NCBI GenBank assembly: GCA_030606485.1
Contig: JAUWGH010000004.1
Location: 210,001-242,000, forward strand
Direction: 5' to 3'
DNA: 32,000 nt
From: Promethearchaeota archaeon
GTDB lineage: Archaea > Asgardarchaeota > Lokiarchaeia > Sigyniarchaeales > SOKP01
Position numbers and translations under genes: made by a program. Under the pieces are notes generated by a model that saw nothing but the letters and a program-made list of their open reading frames with translations, did no database searches and was not told where the DNA came from. Positions 8,993 through 17,934 of this stretch are shown here, in pieces (the stretch's first letter is position 1; the number at the start of each line of letters is the position of its first letter).

Positions 8993-10114
8993 TTACCATA
9001 ATAAGATTCTATTGCAGATCTTACATATACCTTCGTTAATTTGGATATTTAAACATTGTTCGTGATATGGTACGCCGCACTCTTTGCAAATATAAATCTT
9101 TCCCGTATAATTCTCAAAGTTCGAATCACATAAAGCACAATTTTGACTTGGGGGAAAATTATTTGGGACTTCTACAATTTTTGAGGTTCCCGTTAAATCC
9201 AATCCAGTCGTAGTAGTTGTTGTTGCAGAGGTTGGCATTGAGGTTGTAGGAATATTTGTATAAATAGTTCCACTTTGCATTTGAGAGGGTGTTTGATTTG
9301 TTTGAGCAAAGTCTTGATAATGAGCCCCAGCAGGAGTGCTTTTTTTTAATCCAACTTTGTAGGATACTTTTTCATCAAGGATATTAGTTAAAATCATTGC
9401 AGAAGCGAATTTTCCTTTTGCCTTACCTTTTTGTAAATGAGTATGGGAGATCAAATGAATTACCCGCCCGCCTGATTTACCATAATCAAAATAGACTAAA
9501 ACGGGCGCTTCACCCCATTTCTTTTGTAATACTAAAGAAGAAATCAATATTTTAACTGCAGTATAATTCAAAATGGTTATTGGGAAACTTTTAGCTTCTA
9601 ACCACCAACGGAAAGATTCCTCAGTTTTTTTTTTACCCCCCCACTTTGCTGTCTGGAGTTCAATTTCCAGACCCTCTAAAAATGGATGGTTTGGTTCTAG
9701 AATTTGACAAGGTACAACTGTATCGCCAGTTCTTGCGCCATTCCATTTTATAAATCCAGGAAATATAATTTCTACGATACTTCGAATTGCCCAATCTGTT
9801 GTTATTAACCAACCACCATTTTCAGCGACATATTTATAAATTCTTGTATGAGCAGCATTAGGGATCTCGTTGCCCGGACAACCTATCAAAACTACGTCAT
9901 AATGATTCAGGTCAATTTTCATCACATCTTTTGGTTTAATAACTTTCTTTTCTGATGCATACATATGTGGAATTATTTTTTCAGGTTTTTCATATCTACC
10001 GCTAACAGCAAGAATTTTTCCATGTTTTTCGACAGCTTCTACTACACCTTTCTTATTTAAAGCTTCTATCTTCCTTTTTTTTACCTCAGAATAGAGATTT
10101 TTCCAGTTACTCAT
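8993..10114 (-). CDS. Hypothetical protein: class I GATase-like N-terminal domain, Thr/Pro-rich linker, C-terminal C4HC3 (RING/PHD-like) zinc finger
   Basis: DVVLIGCPG...GGWLITTDWA suggests a flavodoxin-like/GATase fold; linker PTTSMPTSATTTTTTG; C-terminal CALC-x13-CKEC-x4-HEQC-x9-CKIC. Confidence 0.75.
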   Translation of the reverse strand: MSNWKNLYSEVKKRKIEALNKKGVVEAVEKHGKILAVSGRYEKPEKIIPHMYASEKKVIKPKDVMKIDLNHYDVVLIGCPGNEIPNAAHTRIYKYVAENGGWLITTDWAIRSIVEIIFPGFIKWNGARTGDTVVPCQILEPNHPFLEGLEIELQTAKWGGKKKTEESFRWWLEAKSFPITILNYTAVKILISSLVLQKKWGEAPVLVYFDYGKSGGRVIHLISHTHLQKGKAKGKFASAMILTNILDEKVSYKVGLKKSTPAGAHYQDFAQTNQTPSQMQSGTIYTNIPTTSMPTSATTTTTTGLDLTGTSKIVEVPNNFPPSQNCALCDSNFENYTGKIYICKECGVPYHEQCLNIQINEGICKICNRILLW

Positions 10115-10257
10115 TCAACCACTTTAAAGTTTTAAAATAAGAGAATATTTTGAAATTGAATTTGATAATATTAATAAAGAAATAATTAAATTAAATAAAT
10201 TTATTGACAAGAAATGGTTTTTCTTCAAGTAAATAAAGAATTTACATTATAAGGATA

Positions 10258-11340
10258 TTAAAAACAGAATTTACCCTCATCCATAAATGTTATTTCTTCA
10301 ATTAGAATTGTGGGTTTATTTATAATGAAATCGAGATGAATATCGGACAGGATATTTCCTCCAAAAAATTTATTTGTTCCAATTGCAATATGGCAGGACC
10401 CTTTTATTTTTTCTCCTTCAAGTACTGACTCATAGTGTGTTGCTTTTGGGTTCATACCAATTCCTAATTCCGCAACATTTCTTCTTGTTTTAATCAAATT
10501 AGGATCTTTCTCTGATTTCTTTTTTGGATTTAAATCCACTAAATTTAATGTTTCATCATTAGCACTTGTTAAGGAGATTAATAAACCATCTTTAAATTCG
10601 AATATCATATCCTCTCCTTCTTTCGCTCTAACTGACCATCCTTTTTCAATCAACATGGTTCCATTTGTTGTTCCTTCCATAGGTGCCGTAAATATTTCTC
10701 CTGCGGGAAGGTTTCCAAATGACCCATGTTCAGTATAGAGTCCATTATCATCCTTTAACTCTCTTTCGCCCTCCATAATCGTGAAAGTTAAGTCCGTTCC
10801 TCGTTTGGAAGTGATGTGTACATTCTTACTTTTATTTGGATTTATTTCAGAGATAAAGGATATACCTTTTTTAATTTCTTTATCTATTTCATTATAATCT
10901 GCGGTCATCGAGCCATTTATATCAAACATAAAGGGCTCAAATTCCGGTAATGTTGCTCCACGTGCGCCAACATTTGTCGCTTGCACCCTTGTATTTGTAT
11001 GAGATAATGAATAACTTGTAGGTATTATAAAAATATCGCAAGTTTTCAACTCTTCAGTGACAAAATCTGGAGCGTCAAGTCCTGATTGTAAAACTGAGGG
11101 GAATTCACATAATTTTACAAATTTTTCACCATATAATTCTTTAGTAAGATTAAATAACTTTTTTGTATATTGATTTCTATCTTTTATTTGTTTAAATTTC
11201 GCTTGAGTAATGGTTTTAAGCATATATTCTTCGGTAAAATCTGATACAAAGAGTATAGATTCATCCAATTTTCGTTTAAAATTTATCTTAAACATTCGGT
11301 CTAAACTATTTTTCAGATGGGTTGAATTATTTGACGCCAT
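10258..11340 (-). CDS. M29 family (thermophilic metalloprotease/AmpS-like) aminopeptidase
   Basis: GNLPAGEIFTAP, NVAELGIGMNP, EKIKGSCHIAIG, HLDFII; ATG 11340 preferred over TTG 11352. Confidence 0.85.
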   Translation of the reverse strand: MASNNSTHLKNSLDRMFKINFKRKLDESILFVSDFTEEYMLKTITQAKFKQIKDRNQYTKKLFNLTKELYGEKFVKLCEFPSVLQSGLDAPDFVTEELKTCDIFIIPTSYSLSHTNTRVQATNVGARGATLPEFEPFMFDINGSMTADYNEIDKEIKKGISFISEINPNKSKNVHITSKRGTDLTFTIMEGERELKDDNGLYTEHGSFGNLPAGEIFTAPMEGTTNGTMLIEKGWSVRAKEGEDMIFEFKDGLLISLTSANDETLNLVDLNPKKKSEKDPNLIKTRRNVAELGIGMNPKATHYESVLEGEKIKGSCHIAIGTNKFFGGNILSDIHLDFIINKPTILIEEITFMDEGKFCF

Positions 11341-11433
11341 TTTTTTCCACAAATAAGAATATTTTTTAAATTGGAAATATATTTATTTTTAGGATTTCTT
11401 ATTTATAAATCTATTAAGTTTGTTAAAATCAAT

Positions 11434-11949
11434 ATGTCAAAATCAATTCAATCGTCTGGCTCTGAGACAATTAAGGAAAAAATTGTTAAGAAAATTCCAT
11501 GGATATTTGGGAACAAACTGCGCAAACCTAGAATCCATTTTCCTAAAATACAAATATCCAAAAGATTTTCCCTTCCAACACCTTCAAGAAACTTAGGTCT
11601 ATTAACCATTTACATATTTCTTTTTGTTTTACAGATTGGAGTTATTTATATCATTTACAGAGAGCCTATAGCGTTGGGAGCTAACCCAAGTACTGGAGAA
11701 GCTATGTTTATTTATCCCGATATGCACGATGCTTTTATTATAGAATCGATTGTGGCTTCTATTTTAATATTCATAAGTTCCTCAGGATTTATAATAATAT
11801 ATCAAGCAACTAAGTATACTTATGATAGATCTTTTGCGTGGAGGTTGCTTTTAATTGGAGTAGTTTTAACATTGATAGGGTTTATAAGTTTGCAATATAT
11901 TATTGCTGTTAAGGAAGGAGTAATACTGCAAGGAACTAGAACTAATTAA
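11434..11949 (+). CDS. OSTC/DC2-like (OST3/OST6 C-terminal family) oligosaccharyltransferase accessory subunit
   Basis: Three TM segments; GVIYIIYREPIALG and FIIESIVASILIFISSSGFIII parallel eukaryotic OSTC GIIYDVIVEPPSVG and [22 protein letters not shown] (reference recalled from memory); ATG 11434 preferred over the TTG-extended ORF. Confidence 0.75.
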   Translation: MSKSIQSSGSETIKEKIVKKIPWIFGNKLRKPRIHFPKIQISKRFSLPTPSRNLGLLTIYIFLFVLQIGVIYIIYREPIALGANPSTGEAMFIYPDMHDAFIIESIVASILIFISSSGFIIIYQATKYTYDRSFAWRLLLIGVVLTLIGFISLQYIIAVKEGVILQGTRTN

Positions 11950-11972
11950 AGAAAGTGTGAAAATTTAATTAC

Positions 11973-11998
11973 TAGATTAAAACTCACATCTTAATCTA
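11973..11998. terminator. Inverted repeat between convergent genes
   Basis: TAGATTAA-10nt-TTAATCTA perfect 8-bp inverted repeat; AT-rich, so it may be chance. Confidence 0.25.
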
Positions 11999-12062
11999 AT
12001 TATATTAAATGAAAATAAAAAGTAAAAAAAATATAATTTTTCGAGTTTATTAATTTGATTTA

Positions 12063-12491
12063 TTATTGAATAGATGCAACATAATCTGCGGTTGATATCA
12101 AGTTTCCTTTCTCTGCATCAAGATTTGAAGCTTCAACCTTAAATAACCAAGCTGCATAAGGATCTTCATTTACCTTTTCAGGTTCATCCATTAAGTCAGG
12201 ATTTACTTCAACTACCTTACCTGATATTGGACTAAATATATCTCCAACACCTTTCTGGCTTTCGACTGTACAATCTACAGGATCGCCTGATCCATCAACA
12301 TCTTGAGAAACCTCTGCTCCTTCAACACCTTCTACATCAACGAAAGTAATTTCTCCCAATTGGTCAGCAGCATAAGAAGTAATACCGACAGTTACAATAT
12401 TTCCGTCAATTTTTGCCCATTGGTGTGCTTTAGAGTACAATAAATCATCTGGAAAGTCTAGTTCTTTATCATTAATTGTGGCTTTTACCAT
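12063..12491 (-). CDS. gcvH: Second glycine cleavage H-like lipoyl carrier protein
   Basis: HQWAK, GITSYAADQLGEITFV, lipoyl-Lys motif ESQKGVGDIFSPISG, NEDPYAAWLF. Confidence 0.88.
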   Translation of the reverse strand: MVKATINDKELDFPDDLLYSKAHQWAKIDGNIVTVGITSYAADQLGEITFVDVEGVEGAEVSQDVDGSGDPVDCTVESQKGVGDIFSPISGKVVEVNPDLMDEPEKVNEDPYAAWLFKVEASNLDAEKGNLISTADYVASIQ

Positions 12492-12580
12492 TTTCTTTCA
12501 TCTCATTTTGCATTTTTTTTTTATTTTATTTTATTAGGATGTTTTAAAATAATTTGAGTATTAATTTATAATTTTTTTTT

Positions 12581-13387
12581 TTATATGAAGATTTCATCTA
12601 AGTTAATTTTTTCTAATCTTATTATTCTTAGAGTTAAATTTTTTATTTTATTAAAAAGTAATTCATATATGATTGTTAGTGGCATAAAATAACCGATTAA
12701 GGCGATTGGAAAGAAAAAGATTACTATTTGTAAGAGAGGATCTGCTTCGGTAAATATTTTCGCGAAAGTAAGGTAATAAAAAATTGGAGTTGTTATTCCA
12801 GCGTATCCTCTTAAGATATATTTATAAAATTGACCAACTGAATTTACTTCGGGAGAGAGTCTAAATTCTTTCCTTAACCTTTTTATTTCAATGATTCCAC
12901 AATCGTGAAAAAGCCAAATTGGGATAACTAGGATTGAGCAAAATGGTGCAGTCAATAATGCAGCAAACAGAATGGTTGTGGAATGATCAAATCCGATAAT
13001 TCTTACATTAAATATCCAATAATAATTCATTATGACTAAACCAATAGAGAGGGATAAAAAACTAGGTAATAATGTTCGAGTAAAAGTTGGGAAGCCTTTA
13101 ATTTTTTCACCTTTAAGTGTGATTATTTTAAAATCGTAGTTTCTTTTTATAATTTTAGAGATTAACAAATATACTCCAATAAATAAGATTCCAAAAGGAA
13201 TAGCGATTAAATTGAAAACAAATGGCATAAAGTTAAGAAGTATAGCATCGGATAACCCTAACCCAGGATAGATCTTAGTAAGATCTAAAGTCGGTGGGAT
13301 ATTTCGTGTAATATAGATAGCAAAAATTATAGTTACTAGCGTAAAAAATATGGGTAATATTAATTGTTTTTTTTCCATTATTCTCAA
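12581..13387 (-). CDS. Hypothetical multi-pass membrane protein
   Basis: 268-aa ORF with about 6 hydrophobic segments; no family recognised. Confidence 0.75.
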   Translation of the reverse strand: MRIMEKKQLILPIFFTLVTIIFAIYITRNIPPTLDLTKIYPGLGLSDAILLNFMPFVFNLIAIPFGILFIGVYLLISKIIKRNYDFKIITLKGEKIKGFPTFTRTLLPSFLSLSIGLVIMNYYWIFNVRIIGFDHSTTILFAALLTAPFCSILVIPIWLFHDCGIIEIKRLRKEFRLSPEVNSVGQFYKYILRGYAGITTPIFYYLTFAKIFTEADPLLQIVIFFFPIALIGYFMPLTIIYELLFNKIKNLTLRIIRLEKINLDEIFI

Positions 13388-13485
13388 CTCAAAATTAAAA
13401 TATTATTTCTGAATAATTGCAAGATAGCTTTATTATTTTTTCGAATTAAATAAATTTTTATAGTTCTTATTATGGAAATATATTT

Positions 13486-14349
13486 ATGAGAGTGAGTTTT
13501 AAGCCAGATATTATTAAATCTATCAATTTTTTTTCTGAATTTAAAGAGTGGTATTATAAAATAATCAAAGATTTTAATTTTGATCAAGAGCAAGATAGGT
13601 TTGCTAGAGATTTATTTTTAGATATTTTAATTGATAGTAAAAATTATGAAAATTTTTATCAAAACTTGGAGAATTTAAAAGTTATAATCCAAAAAAATAA
13701 ATTTATAACCATATTTGGTTGCGGTCCTTCTTTAGAAAAAACTTTTAACAAAATTTCTCAAAATAATAAGAGTAAGTTTCCAATAAACCAATTGATTATT
13801 GCTATAGATGGAGCTGTCGTATTTCTTGATGAAAAAGGAATAAAATCAAACCTTATTTTTACTGATCTTGATGGATTTTTACCAGAAAAATTTTCTTATT
13901 TTAGAAAACTTTCAAATTATATAGTTTTACATGCACATGGAGATAATATAGATATTTTAAAAAAAATATCAAATGAGGTAAAAATTGCGAATAATATTAT
14001 TGGAACAACGCAAGTTGAGCCAAAATCTATTATTTTAAATCCAGGTGGTTTTACGGACGGAGATAGAGTTCTCTATTTTCTTAAAAATTTCATTCGGCCT
14101 AATCAAAAAATTTTTTTTATTGGTATGGATTTTGGAGAAGTTGTAGGTCGTTATTCTAAACCAGAGTACTCAGAAAATCAAAAAGCAAAACCAAATAAAT
14201 TAAAAAAACTTCAGTATGCTGAAAAATTATTAGAGTGGATCATTAAAAAATTAAAAAATGAGATTTATTTCATTAATTCAAAAATTTCTTCAAATTATGT
14301 TCAGATTATTTCAATTAAGCAATATTCAAACTTCTTAAATATTTTATAA
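13486..14349 (+). CDS. mptE: 6-hydroxymethyl-7,8-dihydropterin pyrophosphokinase MptE (DUF115)
   Basis: FGCGPSL, IAIDGA, TDLDG, HAHGDN, GTTQVEP, GGFTDGDR, GMDFG...GRYSKP...KLKKL. Confidence 0.88.
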   Translation: MRVSFKPDIIKSINFFSEFKEWYYKIIKDFNFDQEQDRFARDLFLDILIDSKNYENFYQNLENLKVIIQKNKFITIFGCGPSLEKTFNKISQNNKSKFPINQLIIAIDGAVVFLDEKGIKSNLIFTDLDGFLPEKFSYFRKLSNYIVLHAHGDNIDILKKISNEVKIANNIIGTTQVEPKSIILNPGGFTDGDRVLYFLKNFIRPNQKIFFIGMDFGEVVGRYSKPEYSENQKAKPNKLKKLQYAEKLLEWIIKKLKNEIYFINSKISSNYVQIISIKQYSNFLNIL

Positions 14350-14351
14350 TT

Positions 14352-15290
14352 TTAATTTTTTGATATAAGGTGATAATCTCTAATACCTTCCTCAGAGATC
14401 ATAAAAATCGTCTTTCTCTCGGGTAAAAATTCTGAATTAATAACATGTGCTGATCTTTTGTTTTCTCCAACATAACTGAATAAAATAAATTCTGAAAAAG
14501 AATGATTAAGCAATCGAACTGCGAAGGGTTTAACTGGGAAGAACGACTCTTTCGAGAAGTTTGGTGAAACTTGACCTATTAAAATTGATATCAAATTATA
14601 TTTTTTTGTTAATTCGTTTATTTTTTTAATGATTTTCAAAAATTTTTTTGTTTGAGTTATTTGATTCATACTTACATTATTTTGATCAGCTCGAAAATGA
14701 TTTGTTAGGGAATCGATAATAAACAACTTATAATCATAAGTTTTTATTAAGTCTTCTATCTTCTCGAAAGTAACATTTAAAGCAGTACTTCCAATAATAT
14801 TAAGAATATTTATGCTCTTCAAAACTCTTTTTGGTTCCAGATTTAAACTTGTTGATAATTGGTTAATTCTTTCTGGTTTGAAATTGTTTTCGGTATCCAA
14901 GAATAATGTTAAATATTGATTTTTCTTGATTAATTGTTCATTAAATTTTTGAGCTATATTTGTGGCCAATTGAAGGCATAATTGAGTTTTTCCAGTAGTA
15001 AATTCACCAAAAATAAAATAAACAACACCTGGAAAAAAACCTCCATTTAATATAGTATCTATATTGGTGCTTCCGGAACTTAATGGGTTTGATTTTTTTG
15101 AAATTTTTTCAATATCTTCTTTTAACCATAATAATTGATTTCCGGTCGATATTTCTTTTTTTAATTGCATTGTTGATTCGGGTGTTAAATATAAAAATTT
15201 TTGGATTTCTGCATTATTAAGATGATATAAAGTGTTAATATTACTTAGATTGGCGTTTTTTATTTTTTTTTTGAGGTTTTTATTTATCAT
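14352..15290 (-). CDS. RadA/Rad51 paralog (RecA-superfamily ATPase)
   Basis: SSGSTNIDTILNGG, Walker A GEFTTGKT, LDTENNFKPERI, Walker B FIIDSLTNHFR, C-terminal LPE...ISEEGIRD; DNA-binding loops diverged. Confidence 0.85.
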   Translation of the reverse strand: MINKNLKKKIKNANLSNINTLYHLNNAEIQKFLYLTPESTMQLKKEISTGNQLLWLKEDIEKISKKSNPLSSGSTNIDTILNGGFFPGVVYFIFGEFTTGKTQLCLQLATNIAQKFNEQLIKKNQYLTLFLDTENNFKPERINQLSTSLNLEPKRVLKSINILNIIGSTALNVTFEKIEDLIKTYDYKLFIIDSLTNHFRADQNNVSMNQITQTKKFLKIIKKINELTKKYNLISILIGQVSPNFSKESFFPVKPFAVRLLNHSFSEFILFSYVGENKRSAHVINSEFLPERKTIFMISEEGIRDYHLISKN

Positions 15291-15400
15291 TAATCCAAAA
15301 TAGTAAAGTTAAAATTTAATTTTTAATAATTTATAAAAAAATCAGTTTATTAATCTATTTTATTTTCATTTTCTAATAAAAATCTGGCTTATATAATTTA

Positions 15401-16045
15401 TTGAGTAAGAAGAACCTAATCGAGATGAGGAAAATAAGTAAAAAGAAGCGTGAGATTTGTGAATACTGCGGGGGTGAATTTATATACCTGTCCAGACATA
15501 AGTGTAAGGTTAAGCAGCGAATAGAGAGTGAGGATGAGGAAACGGAACAAGATCGAAGGCAAACAAGATTAGAATTTTTAAGAAAAGAATTAAGTAGAAA
15601 ATTAAAAAAAGATGAAACCGTAATTCTCGAAATAATTAGACAAGAAGGCGAGCTATTCTTAGAAGAATTAAAAGAGAAGGGAAATATTTCCAGTAATAAG
15701 ATTGAAAGAATTTTAGAAACTTTAGAATTAAAATCAAAAATAAAGGTTCAAAGAGAATTAGATACTGCGAATTGGACGAAGCGTATTTCATATATCGAAG
15801 ATTTAAGAGAAAAAACTGCTAAAGAGTCAAAAAAAATTGATACACGAAAGGATAATTTTGTTTGGGAAATGGTTTGGCGTGTACCCTGTTTTTTATGCCC
15901 TTTCATAGAAATATGTGATAACACTCAAGTAAGATTTAATCCTATGTTTTGTTCATGGTTAACTGATTGGATCTGGCACTGTCTCGGTAATAAAACGTAT
16001 CAAAATCCCTTTGAAGAAATGAAATTAAATATTAAAAAAAAATAG
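15401..16045 (+). CDS. TFEbeta / RPC34(RPC39)-like transcription factor: winged helix + C-terminal Fe-S cysteine cluster, with N-terminal extension
   Basis: wHTH-like ILEIIRQEGELFLEEL...IERILETLELKSKI; C-terminal PCFLCPFIEIC-x11-CSWLTDW matches the RPC39 pattern PCGLCPVFDDC...CIYMTEW (recalled); TTG start, ATG 15425 is an alternative. Confidence 0.8.
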   Translation: MSKKNLIEMRKISKKKREICEYCGGEFIYLSRHKCKVKQRIESEDEETEQDRRQTRLEFLRKELSRKLKKDETVILEIIRQEGELFLEELKEKGNISSNKIERILETLELKSKIKVQRELDTANWTKRISYIEDLREKTAKESKKIDTRKDNFVWEMVWRVPCFLCPFIEICDNTQVRFNPMFCSWLTDWIWHCLGNKTYQNPFEEMKLNIKKK

Positions 16046-16673
16046 ATTGACAAACTAAAAAAATTTCATTACTTCTAGAACGAGTTGCTTCTGGTATAAA
16101 TTTTCTAACTTTATGAAATTTTTCTTTTACTGATTTTAAGAATTTAGGTACTTCAGATCCTTCAAAACATTTTAAAATAAGAAAACCATTCTTTTTAAGC
16201 AAATTAATCGCTATCTCTAATATTCTATCACAAATTTTGATTTGGCTTACTTGGTCAAGTGTTTTATTACCAGTTTTTTTTATTGAACAATCGGATATTA
16301 TAAGATCAATTTTTTTTTCTTGGAAGTATTCATTTAGCTTCTCTTCTAACATTTCATCATGAATATCCATTTTCAAAAAATCAATATCTTCAATTGATGT
16401 AATTTTTTTAAAATCTACTCCAAGTATTTTGGGTTTAATTTTTTTTTTAGAATTTTCTAAATTGATTTCAATAAATTCTTTTGATACTTGCAACCATGAG
16501 CCAGGAGCACAACCTAAATCTAATAAAGAAAACACATTTTTAAAAATATTAAATTTTTTATTTATTTGAATTAATTTATAGGCAGATCTTGCTCTATAAC
16601 CATGTCTTTTTGCATTTTTATAGTAATGTTCTTTTTTATGTTCTTTAATCCATTTTTTACCCATATAATTCAT
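16032..16673 (-). CDS. rlmE: 23S rRNA 2'-O-methyltransferase RlmE/FtsJ
   Basis: GYRARSAYKL, LDLGCAPGSWLQV, LIISDC, LKCFEG, PEATRSRSNE (K-D-K-E tetrad); start may be 16664. Confidence 0.93.
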   Translation of the reverse strand: MNYMGKKWIKEHKKEHYYKNAKRHGYRARSAYKLIQINKKFNIFKNVFSLLDLGCAPGSWLQVSKEFIEINLENSKKKIKPKILGVDFKKITSIEDIDFLKMDIHDEMLEEKLNEYFQEKKIDLIISDCSIKKTGNKTLDQVSQIKICDRILEIAINLLKKNGFLILKCFEGSEVPKFLKSVKEKFHKVRKFIPEATRSRSNEIFLVCQSIFF

Positions 16674-16681
16674 CTAATATT

Positions 16682-17908
16682 TTAAAGTGTTGATAGCAAC
16701 CTTTTTAGTTCTTTAATTTCCATATTTGTTTTTATTGAAATGAAGTCAAAATGGGTTCTTGAAGCTAAATAACCTTTTTCTTTTATTTTTTTGATAATTA
16801 GATCCATTTTGGGCACAGATTGAAGTGTTAATTCTTCACAGAGTTTATGAATATTATAATAGGATATAGGCATATTGATTTCTTCTAAAGTAAAGCTTAG
16901 AATTTTTTCAATTTTATTCTTATTTTTAAAGTCAGAATATTTATTTAATTCAATTAAATAATGTAAAAAATCTTCTTTATGAATTTTTCCTAACCATAAT
17001 GGACCTGCCAGGTCTAAATTTTGATCTTTTTCACATGACATACAAATATGTGGGATTTGTAAGATGTTACCTTTAAAACTGGTTCTATATCCGCAATTAT
17101 TACAATGAAAGATATAACCATAATTATTAATATTTTCAAAAATTCTTTCTTTATTTTTAAAAACGAGAGCAATTATTCTAATAAAGTGGTTAGAGTAAAA
17201 GGTTAAAAGAGGGTGAATCCCTAAATTATTAATATTAGCGATTCTTGAGATAAAATATAATAAAATCCTTGCGCCAATTTCCTTACAATAATCTGTATGG
17301 AGTGGTTTTGACATATATTTTCTTAGACAAGCTTTTTTTCTAATTCCAAATAAAACAGCAGTATCTGTAGCTGTTATGCAGATTAAGCCATTTTTTTTCT
17401 TAATTGCTTTAAAAGCAGAATCAATGTATAAGTTTGGCGTTCCAAATGGGTCTATTGAAATTATATCAGGTTTTTCATCTTGTTTCATTAAAGCGAGTTC
17501 TGAAAATAATAAATTTGCACTCTTTTTTGAAATTTTAATTAGTGATTCTACGTCCTTTAAATTATTTATTTGAATATTTTTCTTAATTAAGTCGATAGCC
17601 ATTGGATTGATGTCATTAATATATATTTTTTTTACATTTTTACATTCTTTTAACATTCTAATTGAACCAATTCCAGAAGCCGCCATAGAATCTACAATAA
17701 CAAGTTTATTTTGATTGAATAATTTATTGTAAGCCATTATGGCTAAATTAGTAATGTCTCGATTGATTTCCATCTTTTTATTATAAAAAACAACCATAGA
17801 TTTCGAAGGAATATTATTCTTATCAACCGAATGTAAGAAAAAATTAGCCAACCCTTCTTTTTCTACAATAAATTTGTCATTTTTAAATTTTTGATTGTTT
17901 TCATTCAT
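16682..17908 (-). CDS. trm1: tRNA (guanine26-N2)-dimethyltransferase Trm1
   Basis: VFYNKKMEINRD, DSMAASGIGSIR, NDINP, IDPFGTP, TATDTAVL, CxxC...CxxC, GPLWLG, ASRTHF. Confidence 0.95.
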   Translation of the reverse strand: MNENNQKFKNDKFIVEKEGLANFFLHSVDKNNIPSKSMVVFYNKKMEINRDITNLAIMAYNKLFNQNKLVIVDSMAASGIGSIRMLKECKNVKKIYINDINPMAIDLIKKNIQINNLKDVESLIKISKKSANLLFSELALMKQDEKPDIISIDPFGTPNLYIDSAFKAIKKKNGLICITATDTAVLFGIRKKACLRKYMSKPLHTDYCKEIGARILLYFISRIANINNLGIHPLLTFYSNHFIRIIALVFKNKERIFENINNYGYIFHCNNCGYRTSFKGNILQIPHICMSCEKDQNLDLAGPLWLGKIHKEDFLHYLIELNKYSDFKNKNKIEKILSFTLEEINMPISYYNIHKLCEELTLQSVPKMDLIIKKIKEKGYLASRTHFDFISIKTNMEIKELKRLLSTL

Positions 17909-17934
17909 CTTTAAAAAATAATCTCTAAAAAATT

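Noticed and set aside
16032-16045. 14-nt overlap of the convergent TFEbeta-like and rlmE 3' ends
   Set aside because: Short tail-to-tail overlaps are common in compact genomes.
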